Shown here in pieces: positions 10,912-24,320 of a stretch of 64,000 nt of DNA. Below the pieces are notes generated by a model. The model saw nothing but the letters and a program-made list of their open reading frames with translations. It made no database searches and had not been told where the DNA came from. The stretch spans positions 62,001 to 126,000 of the forward strand of contig BCKZ01000032.1 of the NCBI GenBank assembly GCA_001600815.1, in the 5' to 3' direction. Origin of the DNA: Alloascoidea hylecoeti. Lineage: Eukaryota. The position numbers were made by a program, and so were the translations under genes. Numbering within the stretch: position 1 is the first letter of the stretch; every line of letters starts with the position of its first letter.

Positions 10912-11042
10912 TATTATAGTTATATCTGATTAAATAAATAAAAATGAATGTAAATGTAGATGTTCCACACGTCAGCACATTCCTTAATGTTTACTGTGTG
11001 TATGGGTGTTTGTCTGATGCCAAAAAATTAAAACTGTGAAAA

Positions 11043-11098
11043 TGAAAAATTGAAAAATTGAAAACCTTTGAAGTTTGAAGTTTGATATTGAAAAATTG
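11043..11098 (+). promoter_or_regulatory. RRPE-like elements upstream of NSA1
   Basis: Three TGAAAAATTG copies (11043, 11051, 11089) before a ribosome-biogenesis gene. Confidence 0.5.
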
Positions 11099-11106
11099 AA
11101 AGAAAA

Positions 11107-12333
11107 ATGAAATTTTTAGTTGCCTGTCAAGATTCAGGAAGTATAAAAGAAGTTATATGTGATCCAGGAACAGATACATCTATTCAAAGTGCTCTTCAAC
11201 CAATTTCAATTAATACTTTTGCAACAGAAGGAAGGTCAAAATATGTTGAAAAATTATTAGTTTTAAAATTAAAAAATGATAATGAATATTTAATAGCTGC
11301 AAGAAAAACAGGTATATTAGATATTTATAATATTAATGATGATTATAAATTATTAAAAAGATATAATGATTTAACTCAATCAAATAATGATTCTTTTATA
11401 TCTTTAATTTCTATTCATAATAAATTATATACATGTTCAAATGAAGGGAAATTATCAATTATTAATGAAGAAGATATTGAAAGTGAAGAAAATATTAATT
11501 TTAAAAGTATTAAATTGAATGGTCCAGTTTCATCATTTGTTGGACATCCTTTACAAGAGGGGATATTTGCTTATGGTGGTAAAGAAAAAGATGTTACAAT
11601 TTTTTCATTATTTGAACCTGATTCTAAAAAAAATATTAATGAATTTAAATATATTCAAAAATGGATTGGTAAAAATGTTAAAAATGATAGATTAGATTTA
11701 CGTGTTCCAATATGGATAACTAATATTAAATTTATTAATTTAAATAATGATTTTTTAAAAAATGGATGGGAATTAATTACAACTACACATTATGGACAAA
11801 TTCGTGGATATAATACAAAAACTTCTAGAAAACCAATTTATTCAGTTCAAGTTTCTAAATTTCCATTTACTGATATAACTAATCTATTAAATGAAGATGA
11901 AATAATATGTTCAGATACTCATATAACAGTGTCATCATTTAATGTTAAAACAGGTATATTATCAGCCAAATATCCAGGATCAATTGGATCAATTCAATCA
12001 TTATATACATTTATTCCAAAAACAAATGAAGAAAAATATTCATTGTTGGCAACTGGTGGATTAGATAAATATTTAAGAGTTTTCAATTTAATTTCAAGAG
12101 AACAAGTTTCAAAAGTTTACATTGGTACAAAGATAAGTAGTGTTTGGGTATTATCAGGATATGATATTGAAACTATTGAAAAAGCTAATAAAAAGCAGTC
12201 ATCATATAAAAAGGAGAAAAGGAAACAAACCAATGATAATGGTAATTTAGTTAAAGATGAAGAAAGTGATGAAGATGTTTGGGATCAACTGGAAAATTTG
12301 GAGAAACCAAAGGTTAAACGTAGAAAAGCATAG
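11107..12333 (+). CDS. NSA1: Pre-60S biogenesis WD40 protein (Nsa1/WDR74)
   Basis: GTDTSIQSA, AYGGKE, KNVKNDRLDLRVPIW and ATGGLDKYLRVF motifs. Confidence 0.92.
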   Translation: MKFLVACQDSGSIKEVICDPGTDTSIQSALQPISINTFATEGRSKYVEKLLVLKLKNDNEYLIAARKTGILDIYNINDDYKLLKRYNDLTQSNNDSFISLISIHNKLYTCSNEGKLSIINEEDIESEENINFKSIKLNGPVSSFVGHPLQEGIFAYGGKEKDVTIFSLFEPDSKKNINEFKYIQKWIGKNVKNDRLDLRVPIWITNIKFINLNNDFLKNGWELITTTHYGQIRGYNTKTSRKPIYSVQVSKFPFTDITNLLNEDEIICSDTHITVSSFNVKTGILSAKYPGSIGSIQSLYTFIPKTNEEKYSLLATGGLDKYLRVFNLISREQVSKVYIGTKISSVWVLSGYDIETIEKANKKQSSYKKEKRKQTNDNGNLVKDEESDEDVWDQLENLEKPKVKRRKA

Positions 12334-12381
12334 ATTTATGTAAACATGAATATAAATATAAATATGTATGTAAATGTATTT

Positions 12382-12850
12382 TTAACCAAATGCCACAGTT
12401 GCACAGTAAGCCACGATAAGCTGTTTATCGACAGCAAAATTATCATATAAGTTTCCAACCATTTCGTCCAAAGAAGGTGCAAATGAAAGATTTATATAAC
12501 AAAATAAAGATTTTGAAGATGAATATTGAAGTTGTTTCCGTAGAAATTTGACGACCACACCGAATTTTTGACTGCTACTGATTTTGTAGACTTGTTGTTT
12601 TAAAGTAGGAGCAGATCCAATTGGTTTAAAGCGGACGGTGACTATTTAAACATGTTAGTTAAAAAGTAACTATATTTATATTTATTATAGTTATGTTTGT
12701 ACCTTTATCAGTTCTGGGAGCCTGGTATTTTTCCAGAATAGTTGCGGAATCGGTAGTTAATTGCGATAAAACAACAGAAGCGGACAGAGAAACAGCTTCT
12801 TCATTTTCAGATTGATTTTCTTCAGGAATCGCGTTTTCGCTAAAACTCAT
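12382..12850 (-). CDS. ATG12: Ubiquitin-like autophagy protein Atg12, 2 exons
   Basis: Exons 12850-12703 and 12641-12382. Spliced [16 protein letters not shown]...[19 protein letters not shown]...YCATVAFG*. Confidence 0.95.
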
Positions 12851-12947
12851 TTTTATATTTACTATTTTAGATGTTTTGTGGATAAGATAATTATTTTTAG
12901 TTTGCTCACATCTCTTCTCCTGTGTCCACCTCCAAATATATCAAAAT

Positions 12948-15179
12948 ATGTCAAATCCATCAAATAAAACGGAAATTTCTACCACCACAACGAATGTTAA
13001 CGATCCTCATTCAACTGTTGGATCAGAATCAGAAGCAGAAACTGTTACGGGCGATTCAGAATCGTTGGACTCACTTTCTGCTCAAAAATTGTGTGAAGAA
13101 TTGGTCTCAGCTGCAAAAGATGTCCAGGTAAAATTGCAATTTTGCTGCTTCAGATTTATAACTAGAAAAAGACTAACTTATCTCAATTATATATATTTTA
13201 GAAATCCGGTGATTATATTTCTTACTCAACTTTAATCGATGCCAATATTTCAAATCCACAACGTTTTACTCAAGATGAAAGAACCGAGATTCTTAATGTT
13301 CTTGATCAAGTCTTAAATGACAATGTATGTATTTATAAATTTGATATATCAAAACTATCTATTAACTTGATTACTATAGCCTAAAATTGTATTTGAATGT
13401 GGTTGGGATCTTCCCAATAAAATAATCGGAATGGTACCAATTGATGATATAAAAATGGCTGGTACTTTCTTACCGCTTGTACCTGGTTTGAAAGTAGTTT
13501 ATAGTATTTTTAAAACTCTTTCTGAAAATGGTAATCCAAAAGAATTATTCTTAGAATCTATTGAATTTTTAAATAATTTAGAACATGATAATTTAAATAT
13601 ATCAACGGAATCTGAAACAATATTTGGTATTCAATTTCATTTATATTTTGAATTATTAAGAACAACAATGAAAAGAATTAATACTCAATATCCTTCAAGA
13701 TTTTTAGCAAATTCAACAACTTGTTTATTTACAATTTTATCAAAAAATTTAAATAAAATAAGTTCTTCAACTTTTCATATTGTTTTAAGAAGATTATATA
13801 TTTTTGCAAGAGATTATAATCCTCCATTAACTGATCCAATTCAAAATTTAAAAAATTTCGAAATTGAAGAATCAATTCAAAGAAAATTATTACAAAGTTA
13901 TGTTACTTTTGTTGTTGCTTTAGCTATAGATCGTTCTCCTGTTGATTGGTGCTCAAGACTTTTATTTGAAATTAAATCTGGTATTGAATATTCAGATTTT
14001 CAAATAAGAAAAGATGCTTATGAAATGAAAGGTTTATTAAGATCAGATCAAGCTCCAATTTTAGATTTACTTGATAGATTTGGTCAATTAATCTTATCAA
14101 TTGATCTTGATCCTATTAAATTATTACAATGTTTAATTGATGATATTGATTTAAAAGATTCTCAAACCGCTTCTTTAAAACCTGGAGCTGGTGATTTAAA
14201 TAATATCACTTTTAATTATAATCGTCCTGAACATCCTGAATCTGTTCAATTATCACAAGATGGAATTTTATACCTTATAACAAGTTATTTTGCAATTAAT
14301 AGAGATTCTTTTAAATATTTAAAAAATCCTTTAACATTAACTCAAGTCATTGCTTTAACCGTTAAATATGTTTCAAGACCTCATATTGATTTAAAAAATA
14401 TACCTGTTGGCATTAGAGAAGCAATTGGTTTTTGGAGTTGGTGGATTGCTAAAGATTTAAATTCAAAACAATTGGCATTAGTACCACAAAATTTGATAAA
14501 GCCTTATCTCCAACTATTATTATTTATTGTTTTACCATTTAAAAGATTATCAGCTGATGGTTCTGGTAAAATTGTTTTAATTGATCCACAATTTAGAAAA
14601 CCAATTTATACATTAATCGCAAAAATTTTATCTTTATTACCTGATAAAATCTCTTATGATTTTTTAATGGATTGGATTAAATCTAATAAATTTGAATTAT
14701 CTAAAAATTTCTCAGTTAATCTTTTAAAAGATTTATTAATTAATAAAAAATCAATTGTTACAAGTGCTACTACTAATATTGATGAATTATCACAATCATT
14801 AAAAAATACAAATTTAAATGATAATACTAATGATAATGGTACTACTGAAACTTATATTAAACTTACTGATGAGAGAAAATTGGAATTACAAAAATTAATT
14901 CAACAATCTATAAAATCATTATCAACAATAATAACAAATGAAAACTTAGTTGGCTCTACTATATCAATAAATCAATTTAAAAATACTCTTAGTTGGATTG
15001 GAGTTTTAAATTCATTAAGTTCAAAATTTGATGTTATTTTTATAAAATCTTCAATATCTGAGATTGAAACTATTATATCAAAATTTCAATCAATTTCTTC
15101 AAAAGAAAATATTAATACTTTTATTGGATTGTTAAATGCTGCCGTTAAATCATTAAAGAAATCTATTAATGCTAATTAG
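12948..15179 (+). CDS. YBP1: Yap1-binding protein Ybp1/Ybp2 family, 3 exons
   Basis: Exons 12948-13127, 13202-13324, 13380-15179; DYISYSTL, ECGWDLP and GNPKELFL motifs; divergent from ATG12. Confidence 0.85.
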
Positions 15180-15317
15180 CATCTATATTCGATTGATCAA
15201 TTATTCTTATGTAATCAACCAGCTGGAGAGGAGGAAACTATTTAGGTATATAATAGTATAATAATGATATTTAGAATTATAAAACATTTGGTATAGTTCA
15301 CTCAAGCTTGTACTGAA

Positions 15318-15614
15318 GTCTGAAATGATTAAGTTTTTCCACTCTGAATTAGCCATATTGGTGAGATATTTTTGTCATTTTAGTATGTGTATTTTCGATA
15401 TATTGCTATTTAATAATTCGTATATGGTGACCACGTTTTCGTTATTTGGCTTTAATTTATTCACACACATATTAGACATGTGTGTGAATATAGATTCGCC
15501 ATCTTTTGAAGTAATAGTCCGTATCTTTTTATTTTATATAAGCATATATTTTGAAGGATGTTTTGGTTATGTGTGCTTGAACGACTGTTATCCATAAATT
15601 GTGGGGCTGATGAC
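15318..15614 (+). ncRNA. Candidate structured ncRNA (box C/D-like)
   Basis: TATA at 15248; ATGATTA at 15325; CTGA at 15607; perfect 13-bp hairpin 15458-15490; further GU-containing stems. Confidence 0.35.
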
Positions 15615-16046
15615 ATCTCACTTTAATGGTAATAACCTTTTTAAAAAACCATATAGAATATAAATCACATTTGGTCTTGTTATTTGCTACTCTAATATAA
15701 ATTAATAATAAAACAACACAAATTAAAAACTAGACCTAAATATATATGATTATAAAACAAAATAAAAAGGAGGGATATTGATGTAGATGAACAATTAATC
15801 AGTTATTGCTTGCAATTGTATAAAAAAATATATAAATTTTATCAAAAATAACACATTAAAGGCAAAATTACAATACGAAAATTAAACTAAGAATAATACC
15901 AATAATAATAAAATATACTATGGTAGAAAAAAAGGTATTAAGTCAAGAATAAAAATAATTAATGATAATAAAAAGCTGTAAATTAAATGGATAAATTTAA
16001 ATCAATATAAGTGTTGAGTATTAACTTTCTTCAGTAATTCAATTCG

Positions 16047-19000
16047 TTACCGAATACAAATTAAGTTTGGTAATGAATCATTATATTTATCATTAGAAAC
16101 AAGTTGAGCAACCAATTGTCTATCTTGAGCTCGAGGATGAGCACATAAAATCTTTATCACTCCATCTTTATTTTCAATAATTTTCATACCTTTACCAGTT
16201 ATAATTTGTTTTAAAACACCATTAATACCTAACATTTGATCATCATGATGTGATTCAACAATTCTTCGAACTTCTAAAATATCTTGACCTGCAATAATTA
16301 AAAATCCAGGAATATAACCAATTGAATTTGCTTTACAAAGATATTTTATAATAATAGGACGAGAAAATATCATAAATTGATTACAAAATATAGCAAATTC
16401 ATCATAACAAAGTAAAAATTCATGTTTTGAAAGACGACATAAAGCTATAGGTTTAACTGATATTGAAGATGTTGCAGAAGTTATTAAATTTTCTGATAAA
16501 TAATCAATATCAAATTTATTTGAATTTGTTTTCTTTTTCAATTCTTTTATAATATTATCATTTAAATTTGGCATATTTTGTAATTGTTTTGTTTTTCTAT
16601 CAACAATTTCAAAACCTTTACTTGTATATAATGCAATTGAACTTTTTAAAACTGATATACCATAACAATCACACTCATGTGAGAAATCATTTTTAGAATT
16701 TTTAATATAATGTAAATCACCTTTACGATCAACTGTTGGTATTATTTCTCTGAATTGAGCTGAGGATGATAGTGTAAGAGATTTCTTTTTCATGAATATA
16801 ATTTCGGAATTTTCTATTGTTGATGTTGCCTTTTTGGAAGAACTTGATGTTCCAAAAGAATATACTTCTTGTTTCGATAAAAGATGTAAATTCGATAATG
16901 GGACTGGAACCTTAGTGGAGAAGGCTTCAACCAACGGTTCTAAATTAATCCATACTAAGGTTTTTTTATAAAGAATAATTGCAACATTTGTACCAGGTTG
17001 AGCAGGAACAATTTCAATTTTCCAAACATTAGGAGCATCCATAATTTTCCTCCATTCTCGAATATTATCAGATCTATTCATAAATATACCATTTTGAAAT
17101 CCAAATAATGTATATGTATGATTGGTTTCATAAACAGTGAAAGCAGCAGAACAAGTTATATTTGCAGAATTGATATAATGTTTTGGTATATCAGGTAAAT
17201 AATAATGATCGATTGTTTCAATGGCAGTATTTAATGGTCCACAATTAGAACTTAATTGAGTTTTTTGATAAATATCAGAAGGTGAATATTTGAACGAATA
17301 ATCACTTATTACTCGTAATTTAAAAGGTTCAAAACTATAACGATTTAAAAGTTGTGAAAATCTTTTCTTAGCAATCATTAATTGACTTGTCCATCTATTT
17401 CTATCTTCATTTCCTTTAGTATCAAATGTATATGATTTAGGATCTCGACCTAAGTGTCGAATTTTAAATGGGAATTTAAAAGAAAGGTCAATTGAAATAA
17501 GTGTGGGAGTTTCAGATGATGATGGCATTGAAAGATCCGAACTAACATCATCAGGTTTCGGAATTTCAACAACCATTAGAGGTGTTGGTATAGGCTTGAG
17601 AAAAATAATAACATTAGTGATCCATATAAAACTTCATGACAAATAAACAAAATTGTACTTACGCTTGCAACAAGTCGATATACCTTTATTGGTGATTCAT
17701 CCATCAATTGACAAATCAAAACACAATTATCAAATATATAGACATGGCATGATTCTCTCATATTTAGAGAACCTTTCCGATAAAGATCTCCTTCAGCAAT
17801 AAAAGCTCTATCTTTGTTAAAAAGATCAAGTGATTTTAAATCATATCCATTATTATGAATTCTATTAACCAGTTCACCAATCCTAATATATCTATTAATA
17901 TTTGAAGATAATTTTTTGGTTCGTGATAAAACAGTTTCGAGTTGTTGATATTCATAATCTTCAACATCAGTTGCTTTTATCAAATTTTCAATCATTAAAC
18001 AATATTTTAATAATTGACCAGTAAGTGTTGTTTTCACTAATGTATCAAAACTTATATCTCTTGAACATTTTTTATCAGTTAAAGTTATCCATTGCATAAA
18101 ACGAGAATTTGGATATTTTTGTTTTTGAATTGTTAATAAATCAATCATTTTACTATAACCAAAAGTATAAGTTAAATAAAGTTCTTCAGCATCTTCAATC
18201 CAATCAAAAAGTAAATCACCAATTCTTTGAATAAATTTCCCTTCTTTTTCTCTTCTATGAATTAGTGGATCTAATAAAGTTTTTTTATGTAATTCCATAA
18301 TAGGTATCCAATTTCCAAATGTTGATTGCCAATATTCCAAAGTTGAATGAATTAATGGTGGCCTTGATCTTTTAAATGATTCACCATATAAATTAATAAA
18401 TATTTTATGTTTCTCATATCTTTTTTGTTCAACTTGTATAAACTCAAATATAATTAATTGTCTTGCTTTGATATTAGATGGAATTAAAAGAAGATCTTTC
18501 GCTGTAAGATTCCAATAAGTCGCCCAATTTTCAACAGTTGACGTTGATTCTTTGTAAGGTGATGGGGGTAAAATAGGAGCATTTGGAGTTGAAGTGAATA
18601 TTGAGTCAGCCATCCCTACACTGGTATGACTAGTTGCAGTAGGACTCTCAGCACTATTTATACTGTTATTTTCACTTGTGTAACTTGTTGAACTTAAAGA
18701 ATCATGCTGAATTATTCGAAATTGTGATATTATGGTTTTTATATCTATTGAGCATTTAGGTGAATAACACATAAAACTATCTTCCAAATGAGGAAGATGT
18801 CCATAGCATCCGTTACCTGTCAATGTAGTAAATATACCAGATACAGAAACTCTTCTATTAACACCGGTGAAACATTTCCCTTGGTTGGGGTACCAAATAT
18901 CGATTAAAGCCGCTTGATCGTGTAAATCTTTATTTATTTGGATCGCCAAGTCACTAATTTTCAAAGGATTTAACGTTGGGATTTTGCTTGCGATAAGAGA

Positions 19001-19678
19001 TGATAATAAAGGGATTAAATCATCTGTTGGTATGTTTTTATTATTAGTCTCCCATATGAAATCTAACCAATTTAGAATACTACTGAGAGACCACACTTCG
19101 GTACAGTAGTCATAATCCTCTGTGGTGAGGTTTCTAACAAAACACATGTCCGATTCCTGTCCATGGACAGAGTTCATTTGAACGGGGTCGTTCATCATAT
19201 AATTAAAAGATGAGTTACTTCTGACATGAAGTCTATGACTGCCGTAACTTGAGGCTCGAACCGACCTTTTTGGAGGAGAAGCTGAAACAAAACTCATTTT
19301 GGGAGACGGTGCCAGTGGGGTAACACTTTTGGATCGCAAGTGTTTTGGAGAAGCTGGGAGATTAAGGGAATTATACTCGCTGCCGGTATTATTCATCCCG
19401 AGTCCAGGACCTGGAAATCGATATTCGGTCGCGGACAAGCTGAACGCAAAACCGGGACATAATGCTGGTTTGGTGACTGTAGTTCCTATCCAGCCCTGTG
19501 TGGAATATCGTCGGTCATAGTAGGTTTTCTCTGTTATGTCTGAATCGCCGGTACCTGGCTCTCCGGTTGTGCTTAGATCTGGTACTGTCCATGCTGAGTT
19601 TTCGTCCACGGCCCCATGTTGGGGATCATACATGGATGAAGTTGAATGAGGATTCCCTCTATTATTGTATCTTGCCAT
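16047..19678 (-). CDS. TUS1: Rho GEF with DH-PH-CNH architecture, Tus1/Rgf3-like, 2 exons
   Basis: Intron 17662-17595 (GTAAGT...CACTAAT...AAG) joins the two ORFs in frame (LVAS|PIPTPLMVVE). GCY..CYSPKC and W...W...RQLIIFEFIQVE DH start; CNH-type EFLLCYDEFAIFCN. Confidence 0.8.
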
Positions 19679-20529
19679 TTAAATGAAGATATATATAGCA
19701 CTATGCATTATATGATTTAAGCCAAGGAGATTTAATGCAAACTATGAAAAATGCAAACAATGAAATCAATAAAATTTAAGAGAAGGTGGGAATTTGAAAT
19801 TAACCTGTAGCTAAAAAAAGATTACATGTATGTGCAATCTTCAAATTTGACGAGTCAAGAGAAGGCTTAACTTAATATAGCGCACATATATGGAGTGTCA
19901 TTTTTATATCTATAACTTATATCATAATATTTGTATATTCCTTTTATCCTTAAATGCGTCCAGTCTAGCTGAATGCCGTTACTTTCGCCATCTGCAAACG
20001 CGTTGTGGTATTGGTATTTTTATCGTGGCATGGAATTCATCCGAAACTCCAAATTTAATATTCCTACAGTTATGGCTAACTAGAAACTATAGATTAGGAC
20101 CTTATAAAAATAAAGTGCTTTGATTAATAAAGTGGTTTTGGTATAATATTATAAGCGTTTGCAATTGGGAAGATATTTTTTACTGGTGTTGTAGCTAAAT
20201 CATTTTGAAACATCATCTTTCTTAGCCGTTTAGCCGTCTACTATTCGGAACTCTGTCTAAAATTTCAACTTTAATTTGGCTTACCAATATTGTTAACATC
20301 ATGATTCATGATATCATAGCCATCATTGACTCATAATATCCTAGGTTACCAACTGACTTATGTTTTTCTATTACGTTTCCTCCGTTTGATTGCCAAAAGC
20401 ACTGGCACCTGTAGGTGTGCACGTTTTTTTCGCCAAGGGAAAATGAAAAATCAAGACAAGAAAATGAAAAATACTTTTCAAAAATTTTTAAAACTTGGAA
20501 AAATACATAAAAAAAAATATGCCCGTGTA

Positions 20530-21110
20530 TTTTTATAGATCATCAAGTGGAGAATTCGGTAATACCTTCGTTGGGTGATCTATTGATAGCAGTGGTGGGA
20601 TTTTTGGCCTTGATATTGATTTTATTTCTTCGATCATTTTCTTTAAATTTATTAATATTGAATATTCTGTAATACAAGGAGTACTTGAAACGATTGTCGT
20701 TACGACAGTTAAATTCCTTGGCGAAGGGTTTTTCATATTTTCAGGTATCAGTGATCAGGTTGTGATCTGATAAGTAAGTTAGGTCTTAGTTGCCCCATCT
20801 TTTGCCGCTGACATCACACACTGATTAACTGCAAGTGTTTTTCATGGGTGGCTTTATCGAGTGGTAGCTCACTCTCTGAGCCCCTTTTATTCTCATCCAG
20901 AGCGTTTTATTTATATTATAGCTTGTTAAATAGAATAGACGGCTGTGGTGGGTATAAGTAAAATCAGATGTGATGTTTTGTTTACTTAAGGTTTTCTCTT
21001 CTTCCTTTGTACTCCTTCTGGATTCTATGTGATTTCGACTCTCTTAAGTAAAACTCCTGAACTTCCTCATGTAAATATCTTTTTAATGGAGAAAAACATC
21101 CAGAACTTAA
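20530..21110 (-). mobile_element. Highly degraded pogo/Fot1-like DDE transposase relic
   Basis: Fragments YNINKTLW (20923-20897; cf. YNxDETG), QCVMSAAKDG and RPKIPPLLSIDH in the expected order, with stops and frameshifts. Confidence 0.35.
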
Positions 21111-22451
21111 ATATAAATGGTCTGAATGAGAAGAACTAAATGCAGAGACTATTGATATTGTCTAAATGTAGATATGATTGGTGTCATGACATTTGGAATG
21201 TGTCGTATAGGGTATCCAAACCCGGGTGAAAACATACAAAATTTACGGAATGTACCGTTTAAAACTTAAAGTTCAGATCCTAAGATCTTATTTTTAGCTA
21301 GTTCTAAATAAATTACTACACTTTTGATATGTAGGTAATTCAATACATGTATGTCAAGTTGTGGTTTATACAAGTGAGATCTTTAATTTATAACAAGGTA
21401 CCATATGCATTGCAATTCTCAACTATAAGAGTCGTAATTATTAAGACTTTTCAGGATAATTCTTCATTTTTGATTGAATTATTGATTATTGTGTTTTTGT
21501 CCCCGCTGACATTCTCAGTGGAGTTTTTATTTTCATTTTGAGAGTTCACAAATTTTTAAATTGCAACACACATTAGGCATATCCAGAGACGACCCACTGT
21601 ATGTATATGCCTTTAACTAAAGTTATATAAGATCATATATAAACACAATTAACAGTCCCTTCATTATTGATTTTTGGTAATTTATATATAGGCCTATATT
21701 AAAAGATATTTCTTGTAGGTATGTCCATATGCATATGTATGCGTATATGTATCAAGAGATTACTCATGCATATATACCCAAAAGAAGTAATTTGAATGAA
21801 ATTCTGTTCAAAACTTTACATGAGGATTGCATAATTATATATATATATTGTACGGCAAACTTTTGAGTGTAATATAGCTTAAGCTCTAGGTTAACGTTAA
21901 TGTCGCAGTGTAAAACATTTTTAATAGAAGAGCCTAATATGGCGCTAAGGGTCAAATACTTCAGTTATTCCTGTTTCATACTCCAAAAGGGCCCATCTAC
22001 AAGTGTGACAATAATTATACGTTTATTTTCATCTAATTATATATATTAATATTCCTACGGATTGAGAATCCGCAGTTCTACCTCTGATTAAATATTGTCA
22101 TAAACATTAATAGGTTATAGCAGCTGCCCTCACCACATCTCCTCCATGGTTTTATTATACTATCGTCATTTGAATCCTATAAATGTTCTATAATTCAGAT
22201 ATAAGTCTATAACCAACGCGATAAAATTAATTAATTGTAAGGTTTTTATTAAGGTATTTAAGCCTTTTAATCACCAATTGTTTTAATTCTTATCCTGATT
22301 ATTCTTCTATATAAAAAAAGCCATGGCAGATGATAAGGAGACAAAATGAGGACATTAAAACAACTGTACAACTATTAATATAAATATATCTTAATCCTCT
22401 TCAAACTTTTCTTTTCCTTATTCACTAATCAAAATCAAACTCTGGAGGACC

Positions 22452-23830
22452 ATGTCATTCTTAAATTAAGAATGTCTTCAAAAGTGATACTTCGAAGGAG
22501 AATGAGGTCTCTCCTCCCTCATATGGTGGAGCGTCACCAGAAAAAAATATCAAAGGTTCAAGTTCTATTACAGATGAAAAGGAGGCTACTGTTACGGGAA
22601 ATATTCACTTAGACAGAGAAACAATTATTGCAAAGTTGAATCCAGATAAAGAAGGTCATACTGATAATGGCACGGTTCCTGCTGTATTATTCATTTACGA
22701 TAAAATTGTTATATTATCTGAGGATGAAGCTATAGATATTCTTGAACAAGCTATTGTTGACCATGATGATGATGTTAATTTTCCATTGGAAACTCATGAT
22801 AAAATTGTTCTTCTTGTAAAAGGTAGGGATTATTATCCAGCTCCAGAAGAATATGACTTTGATCTAAGAACTGAAGCCGCATTGATCAGATATCATTCAC
22901 CATATCCTGAAGTTAGATCAGTTACAGATCCTTTTGATGATCCAAATTCTTTTGTTGAAACATTCAGGGCTTATCTTGTTGGTATTATATGGGTTATTAT
23001 TGGTAGTGGTGTTAATCAATTCTTTTCCGTCAGACAACCTCCTGTTTCTTTAAGTGTTTCTATGCTTCAAATTTTAATGTTACCAAGTGGTAAATTTTAT
23101 GGTAACCATTAGGTCGATGCAGGGACAATTTCAAGATTTAGATTCTTCTTTATTGTTTTTGTTGCAAGTTTCCTAGGAATATTTCTGGCTTCCAGATTAT
23201 TTATTCACGGCATTGTCTACTTTCAGTTGGATTTCTTGGATCAAACCTAATAATTTTTACTTGGTTGCTATAACTGGATCTAATTCTGGTTTAGGTTTCA
23301 ATCCTGTAACAACCTTTGATTAGAACATCATTAGTCTTAGTGGTCCTTTGGTCATTCCCTTTTATTCCCAACTTAATTAATATATTGGATCTCTTATTGG
23401 GTTCTTTGTCATAGCAGCAGTCTATTGGACCAATTATAAATGGTCAGGATATCTACCTATCAATAGTAATGCTCTATTTACCAATGAAGGAAAAAGATAT
23501 CGCGTTACAAAGATTTTAACCAATAATCGCTTAGATGAAGAAAAATATCAATCATATTCACCGCCATATTATTCAGCCGCCAATTTAGTAGTCTATGGTT
23601 CATTCTTTGCTTTATATCCTTTCGCAATCATTTATATCTTTGTTACTGAATGGAAGGCTATTAAATATAGTTTCCATGATTTATACCTTTCAATCAAAAA
23701 TTGGCGTAGGGGCCACTTTGAAGGTCGTGATGATGCACATTCGAGAATGATGTCGGAATACCGAGAAGTTCCAGATTGGTATTTCCTAGTTATTCTGGTT
23801 ATATCGTTTGTTTTTGATATTTTACACTAT
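22452..23830 (+). pseudogene. OPT-family oligopeptide transporter pseudogene (Opt2-like)
   Basis: SPYPEVRSVTDPFDDP, ETFRAY, ISRFRFF, GLGFNPVTTFD*N, YSPPYYSAANLVVYG and YREVPDW motifs. ATG out of frame, internal deletion near 23100, stops at 23321 and 23378, truncated 3' half. Confidence 0.92.
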
Positions 23831-24320
23831 GCACATAAGATATATCAACATTATGTTAGAGCGGTCGTGGGTGTACTTACATGTGAACCATTTTCATTTG
23901 TGATCTAGCTACAATGTCACAAGGATAGTGGTACACCTGGTATGAATCATTTTGTAAATAAAGTAACTTAACCAAAGATTATCTGCGGAATATATTGTCC
24001 ACCGGCCGATATCAACAAGTAAAATGATTTTAAAAAGGTCTGTAATGTGAATATGGCGCAGATCACTGAAAATGAAGTTAGATAGTAGATACAATAAATT
24101 ATATATACTTCAAATCATGCATGTATGCATATTTAGATTTATATTTTTACGAACGCTTCGTATCTCTTAGACACAGGATATGTGGCTCCAAGGAATCAAG
24201 ATCTCGGAGAATATGCATTGCATATTAATAATTTAATACGGATGCAACGTAAAACGTAAATACGCCGTGCACCGTTTTATATAATTATAAAACTGCTATA
24301 CTGCTATACCTTGTTGCAAA

